This document shows positions 25,033 to 36,697 of a stretch of 46,686 nt of DNA, in pieces. The stretch covers positions 1-46,686 of the forward strand of contig NC_057757.1 in NCBI RefSeq assembly GCF_004010195.1, read 5' to 3'. Made by a program: the position numbers and the translations under genes. Origin of the DNA: Chiloscyllium plagiosum. Its lineage: Eukaryota. Each line of letters starts with the position of its first letter. The stretch's first letter is position 1. Below the pieces are notes generated by a model that was given only the letters and a program-made list of their open reading frames with translations, was not told the origin of the DNA and ran no database searches.

Positions 25033-25351
25033 GTGAGTTTGGAAAGTTATTCCTCCTTTATTGTTAACCCATCATGGTTACTTGAAAGAACACACCTTTT
25101 CACTTCAGTTACTAAAACTTCATCTGCAGTTTACTACCTGTTTAAGATCAGGGTTAGCTACCATCTAGTGGGGCCTAAGAGCCAGAGGCTGAGAAAAGCA
25201 GTAAAAGGGGCTCGGAGGCTATTGTTTTTAAAGAAGGAGTTTCCTGCAGTGAAACCTTGTGACTCCATCATCATGTTTTTCTGTTTTCCAGTATTTTCTG
25301 ACAAGTGATTATGCAGGTAATGTACTTGTAACTTCTGAAAGACAGTCTGCA

Positions 25352-25669
25352 TAGATTAGATTAGATTCTCTACAGTGTGGAAACAGGCCCTTCAGCCCAA
25401 CAAGTCCACACCGCCGCTCCAAAGAGTAACCCACCCAAACCCATTCCCCAACCCTATATTTACCCCTGACTAACGCACCTAACACTGCAGGCAATTTAGC
25501 ATGGCCAATTCACCTAACCTTCGGATTGTGGGAGGAAACCAGAGCACCCGGAGGAAACCCACACAGACACGGGGAGAATGTGCAAACTCCACACAGACAG
25601 GTAGGAATCGAATCCAGGACCCTGGTGCTGTGAGGCAGCAGTGCTAACCACTGACCCACCGTGCTGCCC
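25352..25669 (-). mobile_element. V-SINE (HE1-like)
   Basis: Reverse complement of the 3393 copy with (TAGAT)n tail. Confidence 0.88.
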
Positions 25670-25784
25670 ATAACCTATTAAACGGTTAAAACTGCCCCAT
25701 AGTCTTTCTTCAGGAATTGTAGATAGAATGTGGCTTGTGGATTTTATATTATCTTAATCCATCAAGTCATGCCTTCACTACTGA

Positions 25785-27605
25785 AAAACCTTGCAATTTT
25801 GTGGCATGTTTCACAACAGCCCAAGTGCTTTACAAGTAAGTACTTTTAAAACATTGTCATAATGTGAGAAAAGTGATTGATAATTTGTACACAGCATTCT
25901 CCCAGGAGAAACATGATGATGATCCATTCAACTACTTTGGAGTTATTTTGGTTGAGATAAAGTATTGGCCCAGGACATCAGGCAGATACTTCCCTGTTTC
26001 TCTGTGAGCTCCTGTCAACAATTTCTTTAACATTTACCTGAACAAGCAGATTAGTTTCTTGTCAGAGGTGAGACGCGTCCAACTTTGTGGCGCTTCATCA
26101 ATGCTGCTTGTCAGATAGTGCGGCGCTCCCTCAGCACTGGCCCTCCGACAGTGCGGCGCTCCCTCAGCACTGACCCTCCGACAGTGCGGTGCTCCCTCAG
26201 CACTGACCCTCCGACAGTGTGGTGCTCCCTCAGCTCTGACCCTCCGACAGTGCGGTGCTCCCTCAGCATTGACCCTCCGACAGTGCGGCGCTCCCTCGGC
26301 ACTGACCCTCCGACAGTGCGGCGCTCCCTCAGCATTGACCCTCCGACAGTGCAGCGCTCCCTCAGCACTGACCCTCTGACAGTGCCCACTCTCTCAGCAT
26401 TGACCCTCTGACAGTGCGGCTCTCCTTCAGCACCGACCCTCCGACAGTGCGGCGCTCCCTCAGCACTGACCCTCTGACAGTGTGGAGTTCCCTCAGCGCT
26501 GATGCTCTGACAGTGCGGCACTCCCTCAGTACTGACCATCTGACAGTGCAGCACTCCCTCAGCACTGACCCTCCGACAGTGTAGCACTTCCTCTGCACTG
26601 CCCCTCTGGTGCATCACTCCCTCAGCATTGACCCTCCGACAGTGTAGCACTCCCTCTGCACTGACCCTCTGACAGTGCAGCACTCCCTCAGCACTGACCC
26701 TCTGACAGTGTGGCACTCCCTCTGCATTGACCCTCTGACAGTGCAGCACTCCCTCAGCACTGACCCTCTGACAGTGTGGCACTCCCTCTGCATTGACCCT
26801 CTGACAGTGCAGCACTCCCTCAGCACTGACCCTCTGACAGTGTGGCACTCCCTCTGCACTGACCCTCTGACGGTGCATCACTCCCTCAGCACTGACCCTC
26901 TGACAGTGTGGCACTCCCTCTGCACTGACCCTCTGACGGTGCATCACTCCCTCAGCACTGACCCTCTGACAGTGCGGCACTCCCTCAGCACTGACTCTCT
27001 GACAGTGTGGCACTCCCTCTGCACTGACCCTCTGATGGTGCATCACTCCCTCTGCATTCACCCTCTGACAGTGCGGCACTCCCTCAGCACTGACCCTTTG
27101 ACAGAGCGGCACTCCCTCAGCACTGACCCTCTGACAGTGCGGCACTCCCTCAGCACTGACCCTCTGACAGTGCGGCACTCCCTCAGCGCTGACCCTCTGA
27201 CAGTGTGGCACTCCCTCTGCACTGACCCTCCAACTGTATGACATTCCCTCAGCACTGACTCTATGACAGTGCGGCTCTCCCTCATCAATGACCGTCTGAC
27301 CGTGCCATGTTCCCTCAGCATTGACCCTCTGACCGTGCTGTGGTTCCTCAGACTGACTCTACAACAGTGCTAAGGGTGCATCACACTGACTTTCTGACAG
27401 TGAGGCACTCTTTCTGTCTTGATCCTTTGACAGTGCAGTGGACCTCCAGTTCTGTCCATCTGACATTGAGGCACTCTTCTCGCAATGTCCATCTGACATT
27501 GAGGCACTCTTCTTGGAATGTAAGACTAGCTTAGGTCTCAGATCTCTGGAGTGCAACTTGAACAGATCATCCTCTGATGCTTGGAATGCTACCTAACTGG
27601 CTACT
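25785..27605 (-). mobile_element. Deu-domain-like SINE containing a 33-bp array
   Basis: Degenerate cccaagtgctttaca...gtacacagc...tattggcccaggaca body; reverse tRNA-like head ctctggagtgcaacttgaac...gctacctaactgg after the array; family from memory. Confidence 0.5.
26111..27340 (+). repeat. 33-bp minisatellite, about 37 copies, decaying to about 27510
   Basis: Unit CACTGACCCTC(C/T)GACAGTGCGGCACTCCCTCAG; 11-aa periodic ORFs. Confidence 0.95.
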
Positions 27606-27733
27606 GGTTTGGAAATGTCCCTTTGTTTCCAATCTCACCCCACTAATCGGGTGTGGGTTGCGAACTACAAACTTGCCCTTTTTAAGTCGCAGTGGAACCT
27701 GTTACTCATGTGCTTTCTGTAATTATCTTCCAG

Positions 27734-27890
27734 ACACTGGAACAGCATTAAGGATGAGGTGCAGAAAATATTTGACCATACTAGTGATGATTTCACCCTG
27801 GAGAAAATCATTGAGCTGGGCTTGGAGCAACACGCTGATGCAATCAACAGCATCTCATCTGCAGCTACGAAAGAGCTCTCCATCGAAATG
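27734..27890 (+). CDS. DNAH2: DNAH2 exon 11 of 19
   Basis: ttccag|...ATG|gtaggc; 157 nt; HWNSIKDEVQK...FTLEKIIELGL...AATKELSIEM. Confidence 0.95.
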
Positions 27891-28216
27891 GTAGGCACAG
27901 CAACGTAGCATCCAAATGGTTTCTAGCATTTAACTTCAGCAAGTCCCATTCCCTCCAATCTTTCACTCAATGTGAGCTTTACCTGTGATTGCCGGTAACC
28001 TTTCAGTGTCAACATTGGCTCACATTTCAGTCCTGTGGAGAAGTGAATCTTCCACCAGCCTCTGAGACAGCAAGTGATTTGTTCAATCCTCTAATGATGG
28101 GCTGCATGACAGTTCTGTGGCTTCTTCATACTCTGAGCTATCGGAAACATGCAAGATGTTGTTGGAGGCTGAGAGGTGACCTCATAGAGGTTTATAAAAT
28201 CATTAGGGGCATGGAT

Positions 28217-28410
28217 AAAAATCACACAGCATCAAATTATAAATCCACCAGGTTTACTTGGTAGCACGAGCTTTCAGAGCACCACTCCTTGCCACCTGAG
28301 GAAGGAGCAGTGCTCTGAAAGCTAGTGCTTCCAAATAAACCTGTTGGATTATAACCTGGTGTGAGATTTCTAACTTTCTTCCCCCCACTCCAACACTTGC
28401 ACCTCTGGTG
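28217..28410. mobile_element. Penelope-like inverted-repeat insertion in CR1
   Basis: Interrupts CR1 at ggggcatggata with a degenerate duplication; inverted arms; contains intact hammerhead core. Confidence 0.65.
28293..28327 (+). ncRNA. Minimal type I hammerhead ribozyme motif (Penelope-type), intact core
   Basis: CAC-CTGAGGA-A-GGAGC-agt-GCTCT-GAAA-GCTA-GTG: stem I CAC/GTG, stem II, palindromic AGCT stem III, CUA triplet. Confidence 0.7.
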
Positions 28411-28735
28411 ATGAGGGACATAGATAGGGTGAATAGCCAAGGTGTTTTTCCCAGAATAGGGGAGTGCAAAACCCGAGGGAATAGGTTTCAGATGAGAGAG
28501 GAAAGATTGAAAATGAACCTAAGGGTCAACTTTTCACACAGAGGGTGCTGTTTGTGTGGAACTAGCTGTCAGAGGAAATGGTGGAGGCTGGTACAATTAT
28601 AACATTTAACAGGCACCTGGATACATGCATGGGAGGGGTTTCGAGGGATACTGCTGGCAAATAGGAATAGGTATATTTAAGATATCTGGTCGGCAAGGAC
28701 GAGTTGGACTGAAGGGTCTGTTTCTGTGCCATATA

Positions 28736-29079
28736 GGCAGCATGGTGGCTCAGTGATTAGCACTGCTGCTTCACAGCACCAGCGGTTCAATTCCAGCCCT
28801 GGGAAATTGTCTGCGAGGAGTTTGCACATTCTCCCCAGGTCTGTGTGAGTTTCCTCCAGCTGCTCCAGTTTCCTCCCACAGTCCAAAGATGTGCAGGGGG
28901 TTAGGGTGGATTGGCCATGCTGAACTACCCCATAGTGTCCAGGAATTTGCAGGCTAGATGAATTCACCATGGGAAATGCAGGGCAACAAGGATAGGGTAG
29001 GGGGTAGAGTCTGGGTGGAATGCTGTTTGGAGGGTTGAATGGCCTGCTTCCATACTGCAGGGATTCTGTGATTCTATGA
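28736..29079 (+). mobile_element. V-SINE, two-unit variant, abutting a CR1 3' end
   Basis: A/B boxes, V core, two gatgtgcagg...ccatg units at about 28880-28980. Confidence 0.82.
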
Positions 29080-29592
29080 ACTCTAATGCTGACCAGGCTT
29101 TGTGCTCCTTTTCCAAGGTCAGCAGTGGATTTGATGCCCTACATGTGCCAAAGCATCATGGCCATTCTGCTGGGGAATGGCTGCATTTCTGACTAGCTGT
29201 CACCCTTGGTCAAACCTCGACCAAAATCAGTGACCTAAAGCAAATGGTCATTTGGGCTGAGGTGTCAGCCTGGTGACTGAGAGCCAGAGGAATAACATAG
29301 TACCTGCAGGAAAGGACTCAGGATATTAGGGAGACTGAAGGATCTGGTGACACCCCTGGTGCAGTGGTCAGCTGAAATTGGTAGCCGTGATAACCGCTGA
29401 GCCACTGTGCTGCCCCTTCAGCATGTATATCATGGAAACAGACCCTTTGGTCCAACCCGTCCTAAACTAATTGTTTATCAATGAGGATGAGCTCATGACA
29501 TCAGTGAGGCTGGTTGGTAATGAGGCTGCATTTGTAGTCTCCAGTTTTAACAGCAAATTAAACTGATCTTCAATGGGGTTCTCTCTCAACAG

Positions 29593-29675
29593 GCTTTGGA
29601 AGGAATAAAGAAAACCTGGGAAGTTACAGTTCTTGATCTCATGCCTTACAAGGACAAAGGGCATTATAAACTCAG
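29593..29675 (+). CDS. DNAH2: DNAH2 exon 12 of 19
   Basis: caacag|...AG|gtaggt; 83 nt; ALEGIKKTWEVTVLDLMPYKDKGHYKLR. Confidence 0.94.
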
Positions 29676-29775
29676 GTAGGTACTTAACAAAGGCAACATT
29701 TCCCATTTCTTTAGTGCCATTAGTTATGTTAAATGAACTAAACTATTTCTTGGGAGCTGAACTATCTCAGTATCA

Positions 29776-30133
29776 AGATTAGAGTGGTGCTGGAAAAGCA
29801 CAGCAGGTCAGGCAGCATCTGAGGGGCAGGAAAATCAATGTTTTGGACAGGAGCCCTTCATCAGGAATGAGGCTGGGAGCCTCGGGGGTGGAGAGATAAA
29901 TGGGAGGAGGGTGGGGCTGGGGAGAAGGTAGCAAAGAGTGCAATAGGTGCACGGAGGTGGAGATGAAGGTGATAGGAGGAGGGAGGAGGGTGGAGAGTGG
30001 ACTTCACCAGTTTCCTCATTTCCCCTTCCCCCACCTTACCCCAGTTCCGACCTGCCAGCTCAGCATCATCCTCATGACCTGTCCTATCTGCCAATCTTCC
30101 TTCCCACCTATCCACTCCACCCGCCTCTCCGAC
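29776..30133. mobile_element. Penelope-like terminal-repeat remnant with internal inversion
   Basis: Minus CTGATGA-A-GGGC-tcct-GTCC-AAAA (29833-29869); purine-rich arm switches to pyrimidine-rich arm near 30000. Confidence 0.58.
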
Positions 30134-30310
30134 CTTGCAAATCTTGCAAATAGAATATGTTTTGCCAATGCTCTGGGTGTATTGGACTGGAAATCATTCC
30201 CCTAAATGGAGCAGTGGTCACAGTCAGGGAATTTCAGCACTGTGGTGCATTAGAATAAGGATAGAAAAGATGTGCCACATCTGTGAATTGAAGCTTTTAG
30301 CTGTGCAATG

Positions 30311-30402
30311 GAAACAGAAATTGCCGGAAAAGCTCAACGGGTCTGGCAGCAGCTGTGGAGAGAAATCAGAGTTAATGTTTTGGGTCCAGTGACCCTTCCT
30401 GA
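30311..30402 (-). mobile_element. Penelope-like remnant, third family
   Basis: Minus GGA-A-GGGTC-actg-GACCC-AAAA-CATT-AACT; similar to the 17243 copy. Confidence 0.55.
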
Positions 30403-31399
30403 GTAATCTGGCTTGTCTGAACTGAATGCTGAAGGTAGCTGCCCTTATCCAGGAGAATCCTTCACTGGGACATTGATGAGAATGTGCAACATGGAGTGGG
30501 TGATCGATGTAACTAAAGGCAAGCTATGGAAGCACATAACGAAGGAAACAATAGAATATTTTGTTCATAGGGTGAGATCAGATAATAAAACTGGGAAGGG
30601 GCTTGCACAGAGCAGAAACTGCACAGATCATTTCAGCTGAATCTTCTGTTTCTATATTCTATATCATGTTTACTGTCAGAATGGTCAGAAGTGGGAGGGT
30701 GGATAAAAAAATCTCTCAAAAATAAAATCAAACCAAGCTCTTTAGACTTTGCCTGAGTACGTAGCAAACAAGAAACCAGGTTAGCATGCAACGCACACAG
30801 AAAGTAGCAGTAAGCCTTTCGAGCACAGATGAAAATCCTAGTTCTTACTCAAAGCTTACTTATTAATTTGTAAAAAAAATATCAGCAGTCAGAAAACCCG
30901 GCCAACGAGTGGCCAAAGGCTGAAAAGTGAGACTGTTGTACAAACCAGTAACAGCTGTTTCACTGCTGCTTTAAGATGCTTCGTGGTTTGAATCTGGCCA
31001 GATTCAGTAGGTCGGTCTAATTTGTAACTTGTGCAGTGGTTGTTCAGAGCAAATGTCTGCCACTCCCATGTAATTTGTGCCTCTCGTGCATGTGGCCTGC
31101 TGGATGATATTAATAGTTGGCAGGTGAACAGCTAGTTGCTGAAACATGGGGCACGGATGGCCTACTGACTGCGTGGGATACATGCTGACTGCAGGCAGGC
31201 AGTTAATTGCAAGCCACCCTGCTGGTGTTGGCGATGGATGATCTGCTGCAGATGTGCCTGCCAGCTACCCCTGGCTCTTGCATGGAGACTGTCCCTCCCT
31301 CAGATAACCCCTCAAAATACCAGACTGAGAACCAAGCCCCTGCCTGGTGGATGCCACCTGTTGCCCTGTTGATATTAATACATTTCTTTTTATACACAG

Positions 31400-31580
31400 G
31401 GGAACCGATGAAATCTTTCAGGTCTTGGAGGAAAACCAGCTGACATTGTCGACCATGAAAGCTTCTCCCTATTTGAGGGCATTTGACAAACAAGTGGATT
31501 ATTGGGAACGGTGCCTCTCTCTGATTCTTGAGGTGATCGAAATGATCCTGACTGTACAGAGGCAGTGGCTGTACCTGGAG
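31400..31580 (+). CDS. DNAH2: DNAH2 exon 13 of 19
   Basis: acacag|...GAG|gtaact; 181 nt; GTDEIFQVLEENQLTLSTMKAS...ILTVQRQWLYLE. Confidence 0.96.
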
Positions 31581-31659
31581 GTAACTGGCACCTTCACAAA
31601 TCTATTGCAGTCGGTGACTAATTTTTCAGAATGAATACACTGCCCTGTTTCATTTTGTG

Positions 31660-31872
31660 GAAGGGCATCCCAAAGCACTTCTAAACCAATTACATGCTTG
31701 CAGTGATGTTAAAGAAAGAACAGTGACAGCGAATTCACAGACAGGAAGCACCCAAAATCAGCAATGTGACAGTGAGCTGATCAACTGCTTTAGTAATGTT
31801 GGTCGAGGAATGAATATTGACCCCAGACCTTGGGAGAGCTCCTTAGCTCCTCTTCAAAGTAGTGACCCTGGA
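31660..31872 (-). mobile_element. Deu-domain-like SINE remnant
   Basis: cccaaagcactt...cagcaatgtga...atattgaccccagac...ctcttcaaagtagtg; similar to 25810-26000 and, inverted, 15290-15420. Confidence 0.45.
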
Positions 31873-31889
31873 CTCCTTTCTGCGTTGAA

Positions 31890-32489
31890 TGTACGAGTTG
31901 GGAGGCCATGTTGCGGCTGTACAGGACATTGGTTAGGCCACTGTTGGAATATTGCATGTAATTCCAGTCTCCTGCCTATCGGAAAGATGTTGTGAAACTT
32001 GAAAGGGTTCAGAAAAGATTTACAAGGATGTTGCCAGGATTGGAGGGTTTGAGCTACAGGGAGAGGCTGAACAGGCTGGGGCTGTTTTCCCTGGAGGGTC
32101 GGAGGCTGAGGGGTGACCTTATAGAGGTTTACAAAATCATGGGGTGGACATGGATAGGATAAATCCCCCCTGAGGTGGGGGAGTCCAGAACTAGAGGGCA
32201 TAGGTTTAGGGTGAGAGGGGAAAGATATAAAAGGCACCTAAGGAGCAGCTTTTTCACACAGAGGGTGGTACGTGTATGGAATGAGCTGCAGGAGGAAGTG
32301 GTGAAGACTGGTACAATTACAACATTTAAAAGGCATCTGCATGGGTATATGAATAGGAAGAGTTTAGAGGGATAGGGGCCAAATGCTGGCAAATGGGACT
32401 AGATTAGGTTAGGATAGCTGGTCGGCATGAATGAGTTGGAACGAAGGGTTTGTTTCTGTGCTGTACATCTCGATGACTCTATGACTCTA
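31890..32489 (+). mobile_element. CR1 LINE 3' fragment
   Basis: GESRTRGHRFRV...FFTQRVVRVWNEL; tail gatgactctatgactcta. Confidence 0.9.
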
Positions 32490-32950
32490 CTGAGAGGGCA
32501 GATGGGTTTTTTTTCTGTAAAAGGTCTTGGGTCCATTTCTCAGCTGCTCAAAGTGAGGTGTTTAAACCTTTCTCCATGTTTCATAGCAGTGTACAGGCTT
32601 GTGAGCCAACTGCTGAGAAAGACTCTTTCCACCAATATCCTTCAATCCAGCAACTGAGTGGGAATTCCGCAGGTTCCAAGGTGGTAACGTGTTGGCAGAG
32701 TTTATTTATACTGTACCCAGCAGGCAGATACAGGCATGGCTAGGCAGTTTACACCAGAAGATGAATATTCTGCCTGATACTGACCCGTACAGACACACTG
32801 AAGGCCTTAGTTTCAGTTTCCAATCTGTACCCCAATAATGGCCAGTATTGTAGCCACAAGAGAAATCCTGAGCACACTAATGAGATGCTGTGAGCCATTC
32901 AGATGGTAGTAATGGTGCATAAAAAGCTCCTGTTTTTTTGTTTGCTACAG

Positions 32951-33089
32951 AATATTTTCCTTGGGGAGGACATTAGAAAACAGCTTCCTCGGGAGTCAGC
33001 GGAGTTTGAGAACATTGACGTACAGTGGAAGGTCATAATGCATCGTCTGATCCAGGAACCCAATGCTCTTCGAGGAACCCATCATCCAG
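32951..33089 (+). CDS. DNAH2: DNAH2 exon 14 of 19
   Basis: ctacag|...G|gtgtgc; 139 nt; NIFLGEDIRKQLPRES...ALRGTHHP. Confidence 0.95.
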
Positions 33090-33743
33090 GTGTGCTCATG
33101 TCTTGGCACTGCGCCTCAGATAGGTGTGCATTGGAAGTTTGCCAGAGTCAGAACCAGGGATTAATTTATTCCTTGTTAATAGCTTGGCTCGTACTCCTCA
33201 TCCTTGGGAATTCAAGGAAGATTTAATTATTTCGGATAATTGAAAAGTTTGATAAGGCAGATGTCGGGAAGCTACGCGGGGGAAGGAGTAGGGATTGTGG
33301 TCCAGACCAAGATTGGGAACTTACAGCAAAGCCATCAGCCATGAAACTGGACCGTAGCAAAACAGAACAAGCACTGAAATGGAGGGACGGTTAGCCCTGG
33401 AGGATGAAAGTCAGACAGGAATTGGTATTGATACCCACTGTTTGCATGTCCTATCTCTTATCCCCCTGAACCAATGCTAGCACTCCATTCCAGCCCCTAG
33501 TTCCTGCTCTCTGGGAGTCCCTAAATAGTCCACTTAACCCTGCCCCATCCCTCCACACTCTGAAGTTTGTAGAACATCAATTGTACCGTTGCTGCTGTAT
33601 TAACCACTCCTCCGCCCCCACCTCGCTGCCACCCCCCTTCCCCCTCGCTGCCACCCACTCCATGCCTTTCCTTTATCATTCTTGCTTGGACACCTGCCAG
33701 TTCTTAAAGTGAATACATTAGCTGTCGTCGTTACTTTGCGCAG

Positions 33744-33961
33744 GTCTGCTGGACTCATTGAATGGTATGAATGCAAAACTGGAAGAGATTGAGAAGTCGC
33801 TGGACATGTACCTGGAAACCAAACGCCAAATCTTTCCACGTTTCTACTTCCTGTCCAATGATGACCTGCTGGAGATCTTGGGCCAGTCCCGTAACCCGCC
33901 AGCGGTGCAACCCCACATGAAGAAATGCTTTGACAACATCAAAAGCCTCAAAATGCAAAAG
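33744..33961 (+). CDS. DNAH2: DNAH2 exon 15 of 19
   Basis: gcgcag|...AAG|gtagca; 218 nt; SLDMYLETKRQIFPRFYFLSNDDLLEILG, hallmark dynein linker motif. Confidence 0.97.
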
Positions 33962-34414
33962 GTAGCATCACTCACCTGCCACGGCCAGCTCTGGGTTTCT
34001 CGGTTGCTATTTGGTGTATATCTGCTACTTCCGTGCAGACCTGACCATCAAGTGCTGGTCAAGTATTTTGCTGCATTACAGCCCAGTGCAGATCTGTCCC
34101 AATCTGCTCACACCAACCTCTGTTGTCTCACATGTGGCCTCACCTGCTCTCATCCGCAACTCCTCCTGATCTTGTGTGTGCCCCTTACTGCTCTCCAGTG
34201 TGGGCCCTCCTGCTCTCCCCACCCCCACCTCTCCCTCAGGGTTCAAGGTAAGCTTATATTGTCTCAGAGGAGCTGGCCTCATCACGTTTATGGAACTGTG
34301 GGAATGAAAGGGTGTTGAGAGGCACAGACCAGACCACGTAGCAGTGAGTGGTTCCCTCCTGTGAAGCTAAACATTGACCATTTAGACAGGTACAACATCC
34401 TGACTGACCACCTT

Positions 34415-34714
34415 AAAACAGGCCCTTCAGCCCAGCAAGTCCGTACCAACTCTCCGGAGAGAATCCCACCCAGACCCATTCCCTTATTTCTCTACATTTC
34501 CCCTGACTAATGCACCTAACACTACGGGCAATTTCCCAGGAATGATCCAATCTAAGCTGCACATCTTTGGACTGTGGTAGGAAACCGGAGCACCCAGAGG
34601 AAACCCACACAGACACGGGGGGAGAATGTGCAAACTCCACACAGTTCACTGAGGGTGGGATCCACCCTGGCGCTGTGAGGCAGCAGTGCTAACCACTGAG
34701 CCATCGTGCTGCCC
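34415..34714 (-). mobile_element. V-SINE (HE1-like)
   Basis: ggagaatgtgcaaactccacacag...gctaaccactgagcc. Confidence 0.85.
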
Positions 34715-34847
34715 TTACTGGGCATTTTATTTTCCTGGTCCTATCCTGCATATTGCCATGGTGACCTTGACCTGGTGATCTCCAGATAGCACTGTAACTG
34801 TGACTGCTGAGTGTACAGATTCCCATCCCTGTGACCTGTCTTTCCAG

Positions 34848-34946
34848 GTTGGAACCACCGCCAAAATGGAAGCTGCCGGAATGTTTGCTGCTGATGGGGA
34901 GTACGTGGAGTTCAAACATCCCACCCTGCTCGAGGGTCCTGTCGAG
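34848..34946 (+). CDS. DNAH2: DNAH2 exon 16 of 19
   Basis: ttccag|...GAG|gtacag; 99 nt; VGTTAKMEAAGMFAADGEYVEF...LEGPVE. Confidence 0.94.
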
Positions 34947-35766
34947 GTACAGATATCTCTCGCCTGTTGTTACTGTCAGGGGTTCACCTGTAGCTCGGTT
35001 CCAAGGTCATCTACTGGGACCAAACTAAACCCACTTGTCCTACCTCCATACATGCTGTCACATACCGTGGATATCAGGGGGACTACTGTCAGAGACAAAG
35101 TGACCAATTTTCAGTCCATTACATTGAAGCCAGTACCTCATCTTTAAAAGGGAGTAGATTTCATCTAACTTTATTAAATGGAGCAGCATGTTTACTAGGA
35201 TGAGGTATTCCAGGTTTGGGCTCTATCTCTGGCCTGCACTGTCGAAAGTGTAGCTTCTGGCTGGGAGCACAGAACTGCTTGTCATCTCTTCATTGGATAA
35301 TATTCCTTGTGTAACTTCAGAGCCTTGGGGGTGCGATTATATTTACTGTCACTCAAGGGCAGCTCATGGCTTTTACAGTCTATTACAAGAGGCAAGCAGC
35401 CAATTGTCCTCATGTATTCCTCGGCTCTGTGCTGCTGTGTACTTTAACCAGCTACTTCCCATTTATCCTGCTCCCCTGCATACAGCACATTCTTCCCAGT
35501 GCTGGGTATAGAAGCAAGAGCAACACCGGGTTAAAGCACTCAGCAATGTTGGGCACTCCCTTGGGTCATCACAGCAGGCTGAGGCGAACTGACCTGTACA
35601 TCAGAATGGAAAGGCTGCATGTTCGATTCAAATTGTTTTGCAATCTGTGACACCATTGGATTCCACAACCTTTCTGACTCTAATAATGTTCTCCTCCTGT
35701 GTTGAATACATCACATTCTTGATGAAGGATTATTAATTGACTGATGTGTGTTCTCAGCACCCAGCG

Positions 35767-36114
35767 TCATAGAATTCCTACAGTGTGGGAGCAGGTCATT
35801 TGGGCCATCGAGTCCACACTGACCCTCTGGGCAGCATCCCACACAGACCCATTCACCTACCCCATCTCCTGCATTTCCTGTGGGTAACCCACCTGGCCTG
35901 CACATTCCGAGACACTACAGGGCAATTTACATTAGCCAGTCCACCCTAACCTGCACATGTTTGGATTGTGGGATGAAACTGGAGCACCCGGTGGAAACTC
36001 ATGCAGATCCAGGGAGAATGTGCAAACTCCACACAGACAGTTGCCTGAGGCAGGAATCGAACCCGGGTCCCTGGTGCTGTGAGGCAGCAGTGCTAGCTAC
36101 TGAGCCACCATGTC
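35767..36114 (-). mobile_element. V-SINE, two-unit variant
   Basis: Same core; B box ggaatcgaacccggg. Confidence 0.85.
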
Positions 36115-36434
36115 AACTCACCTCTAGTTTCAGTGTTCAAGGCAGTGAGCATTGACATGCTATTTGACTGCAGCAGCTTCACTATTCATACAGGTTTACA
36201 CAAACTCATCTGCACACACTCAGATTTCCTCTTCTCTAACATAGGTCAGTGGAGAATGACTGCCTGAGAGACTTCTCCAGGTGGTGGGTAGAACAGGACT
36301 GAGATCAATTAAATGAACAGGCCAAGGAAATGTTTCAGGTTGTCAGTAACTCAGATAATTCTGGGAAGTCTGGGTTTAAGTGATCTGGACCTCAGCTGTC
36401 CTCATTGTTTTTGTAATTTGTTCTTATCCCTCAG

Positions 36435-36560
36435 GCCTGGCTCTGTGATGTGGAACGCACCATGCGCTTTACTCTCAAAGACCTGCTGAAAGACTGCCGC
36501 TTGGCTCTGAAGAAAATGCTCACAAAGCGGGATAAATGGGTGAAGGATTGGCCTGGTCAG
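36435..36560 (+). CDS. DNAH2: DNAH2 exon 17 of 19
   Basis: cctcag|...CAG|gtcagt; 126 nt; AWLCDVERTMRFTLKDLL...KRDKWVKDWPGQ. Confidence 0.95.
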
Positions 36561-36697
36561 GTCAGTCACAGGCTTTCAACAGAGGGAGGAGCTTTCTGAG
36601 CATCAACAGAGCACTCTTAATGTTTCAGACCTGTGTCTGTCATAGTGGGTTTTTGGGCTATGCTTTATGAGAGCTTCTAAAAACGTGTTAATGTGTA

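Larger units (their letters stand above)
28160..28733 (+). mobile_element. CR1 LINE 3' fragment containing a Penelope-like insert
   Basis: RLRGDLIEVYKIIRGMD; CR1 3' tail. Confidence 0.8.

Noticed and set aside
26111..27244. 377-aa minus-strand ORF and overlapping ORFs
   Set aside because: Translations of a 33-bp repeat (a multiple of 3), open in several frames on both strands, with no splice or protein-family evidence.
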